Source of the DNA: a virus
Taxonomy: Duplodnaviria > Heunggongvirae > Uroviricota > Caudoviricetes
Strand: one strand, 5' to 3'
Length of the DNA stretch: 64,000 nucleotides
IMG/VR virus record: IMGVR_UViG_2913177423_000001
Coordinates: 19,415 to 83,414 of that record
Shown here: positions 8,028 through 16,237 of the stretch, in pieces
How positions within the stretch are numbered: the stretch's first letter is position 1
Layout of the letters: every line of letters begins with the position of its first letter
The notes under the pieces: model-generated
What the model was told of the DNA's origin: nothing
The model's input: the letters and a program-made list of their open reading frames with translations, nothing else
Database searches by the model: none
Made by a program: the position numbers and the translations under genes

Positions 8028-9388
8028 GCCTGGTTAATTGGGAAGAGCACCGCGCCAAATTTATAGCGTTGCGTGAAGAAAAAGGGATCACCGTAAAGGA
8101 ATACTGCGAGCAACACGACCTTAGCTTCAATACCGCCAGAAAGCATCTCAATATGAAAAAAAATGAGGTGCGGTCGCAGGTGAAGACTACAAAAAAAAGC
8201 ACCAAATCACCTGAAAAAAAACGGGCAGGAAGAGCAAAAAAAAGGCCAGAAGAGGGTACAGAAACAACAAAATTTACAGAAACTGACAATTCACAGAGCG
8301 GAAGTTCTTTCCGGAGCATGCCGAGAAAGAAAACTTCGGATCATAAAAATAACGACAATAATAACAATGAGATAAAAGAATCTGTCAGGAGATCATTGCG
8401 CGAAAAAATGGCGAAAATGATCCCCGCCGAAGATAAATGCGCCTCAAAAACCGAGGGATCTTCAGCAATGATCCCTGGCGGTGCTGTGCAGCGTGCCACG
8501 TTGCCCACTACGAGTGTGGCTCGCGACATGATGAAGAACGGCGCAGAAGAGCACCTGCGGTTAGCAATTCAAATGGCGCAAGAACGCGCACTTCAGTACC
8601 AAAGCATTGTTGATCAGGAGGCCGAACGCCTACAGGCGGAGATAGACGCCCTGGGTGATGAACAGCCAGAAGGAATGCACCCTGGGCAGCGACTTCTCGG
8701 TCTAATCAGTGACGCGGCCTACTACATGAACGATTTTATCAGTAGGTTGGCAGCGATATATCAGTCCGAACAAAAGCTGCGACAGGGTGATGAAAAACTT
8801 CGTCAGGGTGCTCGCCAGCAAGCATTCAGAGAGGCCGAGGCCAGAGAAAAACTCGAATTAGCACGCCTACAGGCCGAACAGCGCGGCAAAGAGATTGAAT
8901 ATCGAATTGGCGCTGACGCACGCGCAGCCAGAGTTATCGCCGCCGCTATACGTATGCGTGAGCGCGAGGAACTGGACGATATCGGTGTTGCTGAATACAT
9001 CGAGCGTCAGGGTGTCAGTGTCCCGGCTATCCTCGCGGCGCGCGCGGCAAAAGCTATCGATCTTCTCGAACCGCCAGTTTCTGACATCAATGATGTTGAT
9101 GATGAACAGCTGGACAAAGAGGCAAGGGAGTATGCATTGCTTCAGGCAAACCATTCTCAATGGCTGGCAGAGCGCCGGGCAGATGTGGCTACCATTGTTG
9201 AAGACCTGGGGTGCGGAGATTACGACAGCAATGGCGAGCGTAAGGCTGGGGAATTCGAGGCCAACGACGAAGAGTTAGATATTGACCCTTCGGCAACGGC
9301 TGAAATTTACGGTGATTATGATGCATCAGACGTAGGGTATGACGCCGGAGATGATGATATCGCGATAGAACCTCCGGAGGACGATTAA
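8024..9388 (+). CDS. pacA: terminase small subunit (PacA-like, N-terminal HTH DNA-binding)
   Basis: 454-aa ORF coupled to large terminase (stop/start overlap at 9388); N-terminal HTH-like segment, acidic C-terminus. Confidence 0.65.
   Translation: MSLVNWEEHRAKFIALREEKGITVKEYCEQHDLSFNTARKHLNMKKNEVRSQVKTTKKSTKSPEKKRAGRAKKRPEEGTETTKFTETDNSQSGSSFRSMPRKKTSDHKNNDNNNNEIKESVRRSLREKMAKMIPAEDKCASKTEGSSAMIPGGAVQRATLPTTSVARDMMKNGAEEHLRLAIQMAQERALQYQSIVDQEAERLQAEIDALGDEQPEGMHPGQRLLGLISDAAYYMNDFISRLAAIYQSEQKLRQGDEKLRQGARQQAFREAEAREKLELARLQAEQRGKEIEYRIGADARAARVIAAAIRMREREELDDIGVAEYIERQGVSVPAILAARAAKAIDLLEPPVSDINDVDDEQLDKEAREYALLQANHSQWLAERRADVATIVEDLGCGDYDSNGERKAGEFEANDEELDIDPSATAEIYGDYDASDVGYDAGDDDIAIEPPEDD
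8339..8473. promoter_or_regulatory. candidate pac (packaging initiation) site: cluster of five GATC sites
   Basis: GATC at 8339, 8391, 8419, 8457, 8470 within 135 bp inside pacA-like gene; P1 pac is a Dam-site cluster within pacA. Confidence 0.35.
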
Positions 9389-10896
9389 TGGCTGGCGGGC
9401 GCAAGATTAAATGCGTCACCAGCGATCCACGCTGGCGCGATTGGGTAATCAAATACCGCTACAACTTTACCAAGGCTGTTATTGATATTTTTGGATTGTT
9501 TCCCTCACCTCAGCAGCAGGAGATTATCCAGTCCGTACAGCAAAAAGGGAGCAGAACCACTGTTACCTCTGGTCACGGTACAGGGAAATCGTCGTTAACG
9601 GCTATGTTGTTGCTGATTTATTTGATTCTGTTCCCCGATGCCCGTGTCATCATTGTTGCTAACAAGATAGGCCAGGTTAAAACAGGCGTATTCAAATACG
9701 TTAAACAGTATTGGGCGAATGCAGTTAAGCGTCACGGGTGGTTACAGACCTATTTTGTCCTGTCTGACACCATGTTTTATGAACGTTCCCGCAAAGGGAT
9801 CTGGGAAGTTCTCTGCAAAGGTTATCGACTCGGTAACGAAGAAGCACTGGCGGGGGAGCACGCGGCACATTTGCTTCTAATTCTGGATGAAGCATCAGGT
9901 ATATCTGATAAAGCGATCGGCGTAATGACTGGCGCTCTGACTGAAGAAGATAACCGAATGTTGATGCTATCCCAGCCAACAAGGCCAAGTGGTTATTTCT
10001 ACGATTCGCACCATTCTCAAGCTAAAACCCCAGACAACCCGAAAGGGATCTGGACAGCAATTGTTCTTAACTCAGAAGAATCACCGTTCGTCACACCACA
10101 ATTCATCAGGCAGAAACTCCTGGAATATGGCGGTCGCGATTCTATTGAGTACATGGTTAAGGTGCTTGGTCAGTTCCCTCGGGAGATTAACGGCTATTTG
10201 CTTGGTCGTGATGAATGCGATCGCGCAGCGCGGCGCAAGGTGTTGTTGGAGAAAAACTGGGGATGGGTGGCAACAGCTGACGTTGGTAACGGGCGAGACA
10301 AGTCAGTTCTTAATATCTGTAAAGTGTCTGGTCACCGGGAAAAGCGGCGTGTTGTTAACTTTAAGATAATGGAAATGCCAGGGACTATGGACCCGCTGGC
10401 TTTTGCTGACTTTATATACAACGAATGCACGCCGGATAAATACCCGAATATTACAATCGCGGTTGACGCTGATGGTTTTGGTTCAGATACCTGTGCGCAG
10501 TTGGTGCGCCGTGGTGCTAATCCGGTACGTATTCGGTGGGGGAAACCCATGTTTTCGAACAAAGACAAGGAGCGTTTTGTTAACCAGCGTGCCTACGCAA
10601 ATATTATGGCTCGTGATGCCATAAAGTCAGGCCGTATGCGTATAGACAGTGACCCTAAAACGGCAGAGCAAGCGTCAAAAATCCCTTTTTTACTGAATGA
10701 AGAAGGGAAGATGGCGATGATGCGCAAAGAGCACATGCGGCAAAAGCTAAACATCAAATCGCCTGACCGATGGGATACCTACTGCTTCACTATGCTGGTG
10801 GACTATGTGCCTGCAAATGAAGATATCGGTGCGGAAATGGCTACCTTCCGCGACCAGGTTCTTGCAGACATAGAAATGCCGGATCTGGATATATAA
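9388..10896 (+). CDS. pacB: terminase large subunit (PacB-like)
   Basis: Walker A GHGTGKSS, Walker B LLLILDEASG, C-terminal nuclease-like AVDADGFG. Confidence 0.85.
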   Translation: MAGGRKIKCVTSDPRWRDWVIKYRYNFTKAVIDIFGLFPSPQQQEIIQSVQQKGSRTTVTSGHGTGKSSLTAMLLLIYLILFPDARVIIVANKIGQVKTGVFKYVKQYWANAVKRHGWLQTYFVLSDTMFYERSRKGIWEVLCKGYRLGNEEALAGEHAAHLLLILDEASGISDKAIGVMTGALTEEDNRMLMLSQPTRPSGYFYDSHHSQAKTPDNPKGIWTAIVLNSEESPFVTPQFIRQKLLEYGGRDSIEYMVKVLGQFPREINGYLLGRDECDRAARRKVLLEKNWGWVATADVGNGRDKSVLNICKVSGHREKRRVVNFKIMEMPGTMDPLAFADFIYNECTPDKYPNITIAVDADGFGSDTCAQLVRRGANPVRIRWGKPMFSNKDKERFVNQRAYANIMARDAIKSGRMRIDSDPKTAEQASKIPFLLNEEGKMAMMRKEHMRQKLNIKSPDRWDTYCFTMLVDYVPANEDIGAEMATFRDQVLADIEMPDLDI

Positions 10897-10921
10897 AGCC
10901 CCGGCGATGCGGGGCTTGTGA
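10896..10921. terminator. bidirectional intrinsic terminator between convergent pacB-like and repressor genes
   Basis: hairpin AAGCCCCGG-CGAT-GCGGGGCTT. Confidence 0.55.
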
Positions 10922-11959
10922 TTACCAGAGTTTGGCGGCGCGCTGTGTTTGGGAGAAAGTGAACCCGTAACGTTCTTCTATGGTTTTACCGTATCTTTTA
11001 CGGGCATCTGTCAGTTTTATGCCCGTAAGGTCATCTCCGGACATCATCATTACGTCTATTAACTCCAGATCCATTTTATTCAGTCTCGCCATTGCTTCGC
11101 GCGCAGTTTGTATTTTACGCTCAATGATATGGCGAATAGCCGGATCGGCTTCTTCAAGCATTTTGGTCGATTTGTTCTTTAAGCTCTCACTGCGGATATC
11201 GATGTTCCGCAAGATGTATGACTTCGCAACATAGCTTGGTTGGTGCTTCTCCAGATCGCGAACGCGATAAAGACTAAAATCACCAATCAGGCCACAAGGT
11301 ATCGACTCGACCCCAGAATAAATAGTAATGCTGCGACGTTCGCCGACATTATTAACAACGGGTACTGTGGTATCCGGAAGTTTTGCGAAAACTAAGGCGC
11401 CATGTGCGCCGACCCTGAATCGTGACAGAGTATTGCTGTCTTCGATGTTTGTTGTCAGCACGACATCTGTATATCCCTCTTTGCGCGCCCGGTAAATTTC
11501 ACCTTCAGGTTCCGCCGCAAAAAAGCGGCGCTCTTCTTCAAGCGCCCCAACAATTTGTGAAAAAATCTTGTTTTTCAGGCTCTTCTTAATAATTGCGTCA
11601 TACTTTTTGAGCAAATTTTCGCGTGTAAATGAGCGAGTAGTAGTCGCGCTTTGCACAACAATATGCGTGCTTTGATTCGTGTCCTCTATGATGATTGGGA
11701 TCGGAGAATATACAGACTCAACAATGTTAGACGCTTTGCCGTCGGCATTACGGCACAAGTCAACAAAGGCTTTCCATTCTGCGAGGCACTTTTCAGCTTC
11801 TTCTAGTACATTCTGGTCATGCGTTAGTGCAACGTGGCGGAATTCCTCGCCAGCATAACTGGTATCATGGAAAACAGAGTTTGCGACCACCAGCTCTTTC
11901 CACCGTTCAGCGGTTTGCAGGAACCGTTTGTACTCTTTCTCGATCGACTTCTTACTCAT
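10922..11959 (-). CDS. putative master immunity repressor (C1 analogue by synteny; no sequence-level match claimed)
   Basis: 345-aa ORF divergent from recombinase and convergent with pacB as P1 c1; operator motif copies directly upstream. Confidence 0.45.
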   Translation of the reverse strand: MSKKSIEKEYKRFLQTAERWKELVVANSVFHDTSYAGEEFRHVALTHDQNVLEEAEKCLAEWKAFVDLCRNADGKASNIVESVYSPIPIIIEDTNQSTHIVVQSATTTRSFTRENLLKKYDAIIKKSLKNKIFSQIVGALEEERRFFAAEPEGEIYRARKEGYTDVVLTTNIEDSNTLSRFRVGAHGALVFAKLPDTTVPVVNNVGERRSITIYSGVESIPCGLIGDFSLYRVRDLEKHQPSYVAKSYILRNIDIRSESLKNKSTKMLEEADPAIRHIIERKIQTAREAMARLNKMDLELIDVMMMSGDDLTGIKLTDARKRYGKTIEERYGFTFSQTQRAAKLW

Positions 11960-11970
11960 TATTCCTACTC

Positions 11971-11992
11971 GATTTAGTTTTCTAACATAAAA
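11971..11992 (-). promoter_or_regulatory. operator-like motif (rc ATGTTAGAAAACTAAATC) at repressor-gene start
   Basis: motif copy 12 nt upstream of the minus-strand ATG at 11959. Confidence 0.55.
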
Positions 11993-12057
11993 TTACTATG
12001 ACAAATCTATGTCGAATAACAGGGTGAGTAAAGGATCAAGATGCGTTTTTTTATCAT

Positions 12058-12076
12058 CAAATTTAGAAAATTCTGC
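12058..12076 (+). promoter_or_regulatory. operator-like motif variant CAAATTTAGAAAATTCTGC
   Basis: variant motif copy in repressor/recombinase intergenic region. Confidence 0.4.
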
Positions 12077-12152
12077 TTAAAAACTGCCAGGCATAACTTA
12101 AAGCCCACGCCAGCAATGCATTGCCCATCTACGCGGGAAGGAAAAAAATTCC

Positions 12153-12184
12153 TAATTTTCTAACTTTAGATAATTGGCATTATT
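12153..12184. other. rox: rox/lox-like recombination site (14-bp inverted arms, 4-bp spacer)
   Basis: TAACTTTAGATAAT-TGGC-ATTATTTAAAGTTA; arms are inverted repeats with one mismatch; 160 bp upstream of recombinase gene. Confidence 0.7.
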
Positions 12185-12344
12185 TAAAGTTAGTATATAA
12201 TAATGATCAAACGATCAGTATTGACAGACTCAAAAAGTCATGGTTCGAATCAAGGGCTTAAATTTTAAATTCTCACGGATAACTAGCCTGTCATTTTTTG
12301 TTTTTTCGCGTAGCGACACCAATTTATAGAGGTGAAATGATTAC

Positions 12345-13373
12345 ATGAGTAAACTTATTATCTCCGGTAATCCTGGCATGTTTCTTCGTGATATTGGTGC
12401 TGAGTACCAGGAAGCCGCCAAAAATTTCATGCAGTTCCTTAATGACCAGGGCGCTTACTCACCTAATACACTGCGCGATCTGCGCCTGGTCTTTCACTCC
12501 TGGGCGCGTTGGTGCCACGCTCGTGGTCTTGCGTGGTTTCCGATCTCCCCGGAAGCTGCCCGCGAATACCTGCTTCAACTGCATGATGCGGATCTGGCTT
12601 CAACCACCATTGAAAAGCATTACGCCATGCTCAATATGCTGTTGTCACAATGCGGACTGCCGCAACTCTCTGATGACAAAAGCGTATCCCTGGCGATGCG
12701 GCGCATCCGGCGCGAAGCTGCAACCGAAAAAGGCGAACGCACAGGCCAGGCTATACCGTTGCGGTGGAATGATCTGAAATGGCTCGACGTGTTGCTGTCC
12801 CGTTCCGAGCGGCTGGTGGACCTGCGCAACCGGGCGTTTCTCTTCGTGGCATACAATACCCTGTTGCGTATGGCTGAAATGTCCCGCGTGCGTGTTCGCG
12901 ATCTGGAACAGACTGGTGACACTGTAACGCTTCACGTATCCCACACCAAAACCATCACGACCGCCGCCGGACTTGATAAGGTGCTCTCCCTCCGGACAAC
13001 TGCGGTTCTCAATGACTGGCTGGACGAGTCCGGACTACGTGATCACCCGGATGCGATACTTTTCCCGCCAGTACACCGGAGCAACAAAGCGCGGATCACC
13101 ACCACGCCACTAACCGCGCCCGCGATGGAGAAGATTTTCAGTGACGCCTGGGCGCTGCTGGGTAAGAGTGATGCCACCCCAAATAAAGGCCGTTACCGGA
13201 CGTGGACAGGCCACAGTGCGCGTGTTGGTGCCGCCATAGATATGGCTGAAAAACAGGTGTCTTTGGTTGAAATTATGCAGGAAGGTACATGGAAGAAGCC
13301 CGAAACACTGATGCGTTATCTTCGTCGTGGCGGTGTGACAGCAGGTGCCAATAGCCGCCTCATGGATTCATGA
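12345..13373 (+). CDS. dre: Cre-family tyrosine site-specific recombinase (Dre-like)
   Basis: 342 aa; blocks SWARWCHARGLAWFP, VSLAMRRIRRE, AYNTLLRMAEMSRVRVRDL, WTGHSARVGAAIDMA align with P1 Cre; cognate site upstream. Confidence 0.9.
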   Translation: MSKLIISGNPGMFLRDIGAEYQEAAKNFMQFLNDQGAYSPNTLRDLRLVFHSWARWCHARGLAWFPISPEAAREYLLQLHDADLASTTIEKHYAMLNMLLSQCGLPQLSDDKSVSLAMRRIRREAATEKGERTGQAIPLRWNDLKWLDVLLSRSERLVDLRNRAFLFVAYNTLLRMAEMSRVRVRDLEQTGDTVTLHVSHTKTITTAAGLDKVLSLRTTAVLNDWLDESGLRDHPDAILFPPVHRSNKARITTTPLTAPAMEKIFSDAWALLGKSDATPNKGRYRTWTGHSARVGAAIDMAEKQVSLVEIMQEGTWKKPETLMRYLRRGGVTAGANSRLMDS

Positions 13374-13374
13374 G

Positions 13375-13394
13375 ATTAAATTTCTAACACACCT
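13375..13394 (-). promoter_or_regulatory. operator-like motif (rc GGTGTGTTAGAAATTTAATC)
   Basis: motif copy 2 nt after recombinase stop. Confidence 0.5.
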
Positions 13395-13447
13395 TTTTAG
13401 ATTGTTATCTTTGCTGTAAAGTACCCTCTCCTATTTCGGAGGGTGCT

Positions 13448-13792
13448 TTGCAGAGTCAAATCACGGAATCAAGACGCTTTAAGGTTGATGGTTACACCGT
13501 AACCTTCGCCGCTGGTGTTAAGAACAGTCATGCTGTCGTTGTATTTGGCATCATGACCGGACTTGAGGCCGTCCCTGTGTTTACCCTCGAAAAAAACTGG
13601 CGAAATCTGGAGGAAGCGGAAAGCTACGTCCGGAGAGTAACCATCGCTGCCGCCGAAAAACTCCTGTCCCACTATCAGGAAAATTATCGCACTATGGTCG
13701 AGAAGATTAATCTCGCTTTCACTCGCCCCACTACAGGCTTTATCGCCCCGGAGACTAATGCAGGTCGCTATCCTGCAAGGGGGCGTCGGTGA
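13448..13792 (+). CDS. hypothetical protein (114 aa), first gene of accessory operon
   Basis: TTG start after GGAGGG RBS; 4-nt overlap with next ORF. Confidence 0.4.
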   Translation: MQSQITESRRFKVDGYTVTFAAGVKNSHAVVVFGIMTGLEAVPVFTLEKNWRNLEEAESYVRRVTIAAAEKLLSHYQENYRTMVEKINLAFTRPTTGFIAPETNAGRYPARGRR

Positions 13793-14265
13793 AAAATTAT
13801 TACCCATCTCTGAATTGTTACCCGTCTTCGTATCCGGAATTGTCCGGGAAGCTGTTAGCTCTATTGGCTAAATCACCAACTGAATGGTTTAGGCCAGTCG
13901 TTATCAATCCGCACTTCCTGGATTACGGATCTGTTCGCACTCGTAACGAACTCAAAAACCTGCTGGCGCATGGATTCATTCGACATCGCGCCGGGAAAGG
14001 CTATCAGTTAGCGATTGCGCCAGAAGAGGCCGTGCGGCTATTCGCATATCGTGACAGCCAGACAAAAGCGCGGGTAATAGCTCAAATACTTCATAACGGC
14101 AGCACCTATGCCCGCCAGTTTGGCGGCGACACGTCGCAGTTCTTGCGGGCTGTGCGATCGCTGGAAGAACAAGGAGTTATTGAAAGTTCCTGTCTTCCTG
14201 TTCCTACCGTTCCACATATCAAACGTCGGGTTTACACCTTCACGCAGAGAGCAAAAAAACAATGA
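13789..14265 (+). CDS. hypothetical protein, possible winged-helix DNA-binding
   Basis: ATG overlapping upstream stop; segment LAIAPEEAVRLFAYRDSQTKARVIAQIL is wHTH-like (weak). Confidence 0.5.
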   Translation: MKNYYPSLNCYPSSYPELSGKLLALLAKSPTEWFRPVVINPHFLDYGSVRTRNELKNLLAHGFIRHRAGKGYQLAIAPEEAVRLFAYRDSQTKARVIAQILHNGSTYARQFGGDTSQFLRAVRSLEEQGVIESSCLPVPTVPHIKRRVYTFTQRAKKQ

Positions 14266-14756
14266 TTTACGTAAAAGTGAAACGCCTACATCCGGCAGCG
14301 AAACTTCCAGCTTATGCCACTGCCGGATCGGCGGCGATGGATTTTGAGGCTGTTGAAATAACACCGTGCGTCGATAGCAATGGTGCAATTTCCTCAAGCT
14401 GGTGGGTGCATACCGGGCTGGCTATGGAGATCCCGCCCGGCTGGTGTCTGAAACTCTATCCGCGTTCCGGATTGGGCTGCAAAAAACATACTCGCCTGGC
14501 TAACTGTGTAGGAATTATCGACTCCGATTATCGCGGTGAAATCATGGCAAAACTGATTACTGATCCCGGCGGTGAAGGCGTTTGCCTCAAGCCAGGAATG
14601 GCGGTCATGCAAGGCATTTTTGAGCGTGTTGAACAAGTCTCTCTTGTCGAAGTTGAGGAACTCAACGAAACGGAACGTGGTGCTGGTGGCTTTGGTAGCA
14701 CATCAGAAGGCCGCTTTGAAATTAAGCGTTCACCGCTTCAGTACGAAAAGTTATAA
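14262..14756 (+). CDS. dut: dUTP diphosphatase (dUTPase)
   Basis: dUTPase motifs PRSGL, GIIDSDYRGE, RGAGGFGSTSE. Confidence 0.85.
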   Translation: MIYVKVKRLHPAAKLPAYATAGSAAMDFEAVEITPCVDSNGAISSSWWVHTGLAMEIPPGWCLKLYPRSGLGCKKHTRLANCVGIIDSDYRGEIMAKLITDPGGEGVCLKPGMAVMQGIFERVEQVSLVEVEELNETERGAGGFGSTSEGRFEIKRSPLQYEKL

Positions 14757-14770
14757 GCAGAGGGACAACT

Positions 14771-15457
14771 ATGAAGGAAAAGCTTTTGAAGACGCTCCCT
14801 GAGTACAAATACCACGGAACCATTCGCGCATCGAAAATCAAAAAGATCAAGCCTATTGGCGGATTAATTCCTCTCTGGGGTGATATTGAGGTCACCGAAC
14901 CAAAAGGGGTAACGATTCGTGTTGATTTAATGTTTTTACAAAAATACCGACCACAAATTGGCGGGTATTTGGTCGTTCATGAGGACGGATATTTGTCCTA
15001 TTTATCAGAAAAAACATTTAAAGAGGGCTTTAGTCGAATTGATGACATCTCAGAAAATGAAACAACAGTCATCATTGCCGATGACAAAGGCATGATGATT
15101 AATCTTGCCGGGATCGTATCTATTTATGCTGATGACATCACTAACCAACAAGAAGAAATCGACCTTGAGGCAGCCGACTTTTCTGACGCGCTGATGTGGC
15201 TGAAGGATGGCAAGAAAGTTGCTCGACGCGGGTGGAACGGCGAAAACCAATTCTGCTGGCTGGTTCCTGACAAACAGGGCGCTTCAAGACTAACCCCTAT
15301 AAAACATGCCGCAAGCGGAGAGCTTGAAATCAATTTCGGCTCGCCCCTTGCTCCTTATGGAGAGCATTTCACTTTGAAAAATGCACAAGGTGTCTTTCTT
15401 CCGTGGCTACCTTCTGTCGGCGACCTGCTGGCATGTGACTGGTTTGTAGTGGAGTGA
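14771..15457 (+). CDS. DUF2829 (Tad2-like) domain protein with 130-aa N-terminal extension
   Basis: C-terminal DFSDALMWLKDGKKVARRGWNG ... VFLPWLPSVGDLLACDWFVVE matches DUF2829 signature as recalled. Confidence 0.6.
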   Translation: MKEKLLKTLPEYKYHGTIRASKIKKIKPIGGLIPLWGDIEVTEPKGVTIRVDLMFLQKYRPQIGGYLVVHEDGYLSYLSEKTFKEGFSRIDDISENETTVIIADDKGMMINLAGIVSIYADDITNQQEEIDLEAADFSDALMWLKDGKKVARRGWNGENQFCWLVPDKQGASRLTPIKHAASGELEINFGSPLAPYGEHFTLKNAQGVFLPWLPSVGDLLACDWFVVE

Positions 15458-15463
15458 TTTGAC

Positions 15464-16237
15464 ATGGAAAGCACCAAAACAACTCAATACCGCTTGCGTA
15501 ATGGCCTGCTGGTGGCTGTTAACGCCGACATGTCACTGCCGTTTGACACGATAGAACGCACTATCATGACGTATCTCGGCTTTAATGAAGAGCTGAATGA
15601 AGAGCATGGCGTAGCTATATGGAGTGATGCAGACAGCGGCGTTCGTCGTTACATCACTGCCAGAGGCAAAGACTACTCTCTGGAAGAACTGTTTACCCTT
15701 GCGCAGTCTTTCGAATGTGTAGCATTGGACCTGTTTAATGATCCTGCTATAGCGCAACGACTTATCCGCGAGCTTGGGCTGTCGGTTACCCCAATTATCT
15801 TTAAAAATGGCAGCCTGACTGGCACATGGCGCGTAGAGCGCATCTCAAACTACCTTCCATATAACCGCCAGTTAAACGGGGTAATTTCCGGCGTCAATCA
15901 GCCTGTAGCGTGTGAAAACGCAAACCTGGTTGTCGCTGTTTTGGCAACTGCATGTCGCGTTATTGGTTTGACTAAACAGGCATTTATCCATTTTCCCAAT
16001 GGTGCAGAAGGTGGCGTAGAAATTATCGCGTGTGATTTCGAATTTACCTGGATGCTTCGTGAATATCTGGACCGAACAGTGTTCCGCGCCGAAGAACTGG
16101 ATCTGTATATCACGTCAACGATTCCTGATGATGTGCGAGCTGAAGCAATCGCTACAGCCAGAGCGAAATGCCGTGCGTCGATTGCAGAACAAGCCAAAGA
16201 AGAAGTTACAGTTAAGGAAGTGGCAGATGGTAACTAA
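15464..16237 (+). CDS. hypothetical protein (257 aa), translationally coupled to terminase paralog
   Basis: stop overlaps downstream start; no recognised domain. Confidence 0.55.
   Translation: MESTKTTQYRLRNGLLVAVNADMSLPFDTIERTIMTYLGFNEELNEEHGVAIWSDADSGVRRYITARGKDYSLEELFTLAQSFECVALDLFNDPAIAQRLIRELGLSVTPIIFKNGSLTGTWRVERISNYLPYNRQLNGVISGVNQPVACENANLVVAVLATACRVIGLTKQAFIHFPNGAEGGVEIIACDFEFTWMLREYLDRTVFRAEELDLYITSTIPDDVRAEAIATARAKCRASIAEQAKEEVTVKEVADGN

Noticed and set aside
12141-12160. Extra operator motif copy (TTTTCTAACTTTAGA)
   Set aside because: The TTCTAAC match is part of the left arm of the rox-like recombination site rather than an independent operator
12388-12944. Three alternative-frame ORFs (12388-12777 plus; 12620-12922 and 12645-12944 minus)
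   Set aside because: Embedded in the recombinase gene, whose frame has clear Cre-family homology; shadow ORFs
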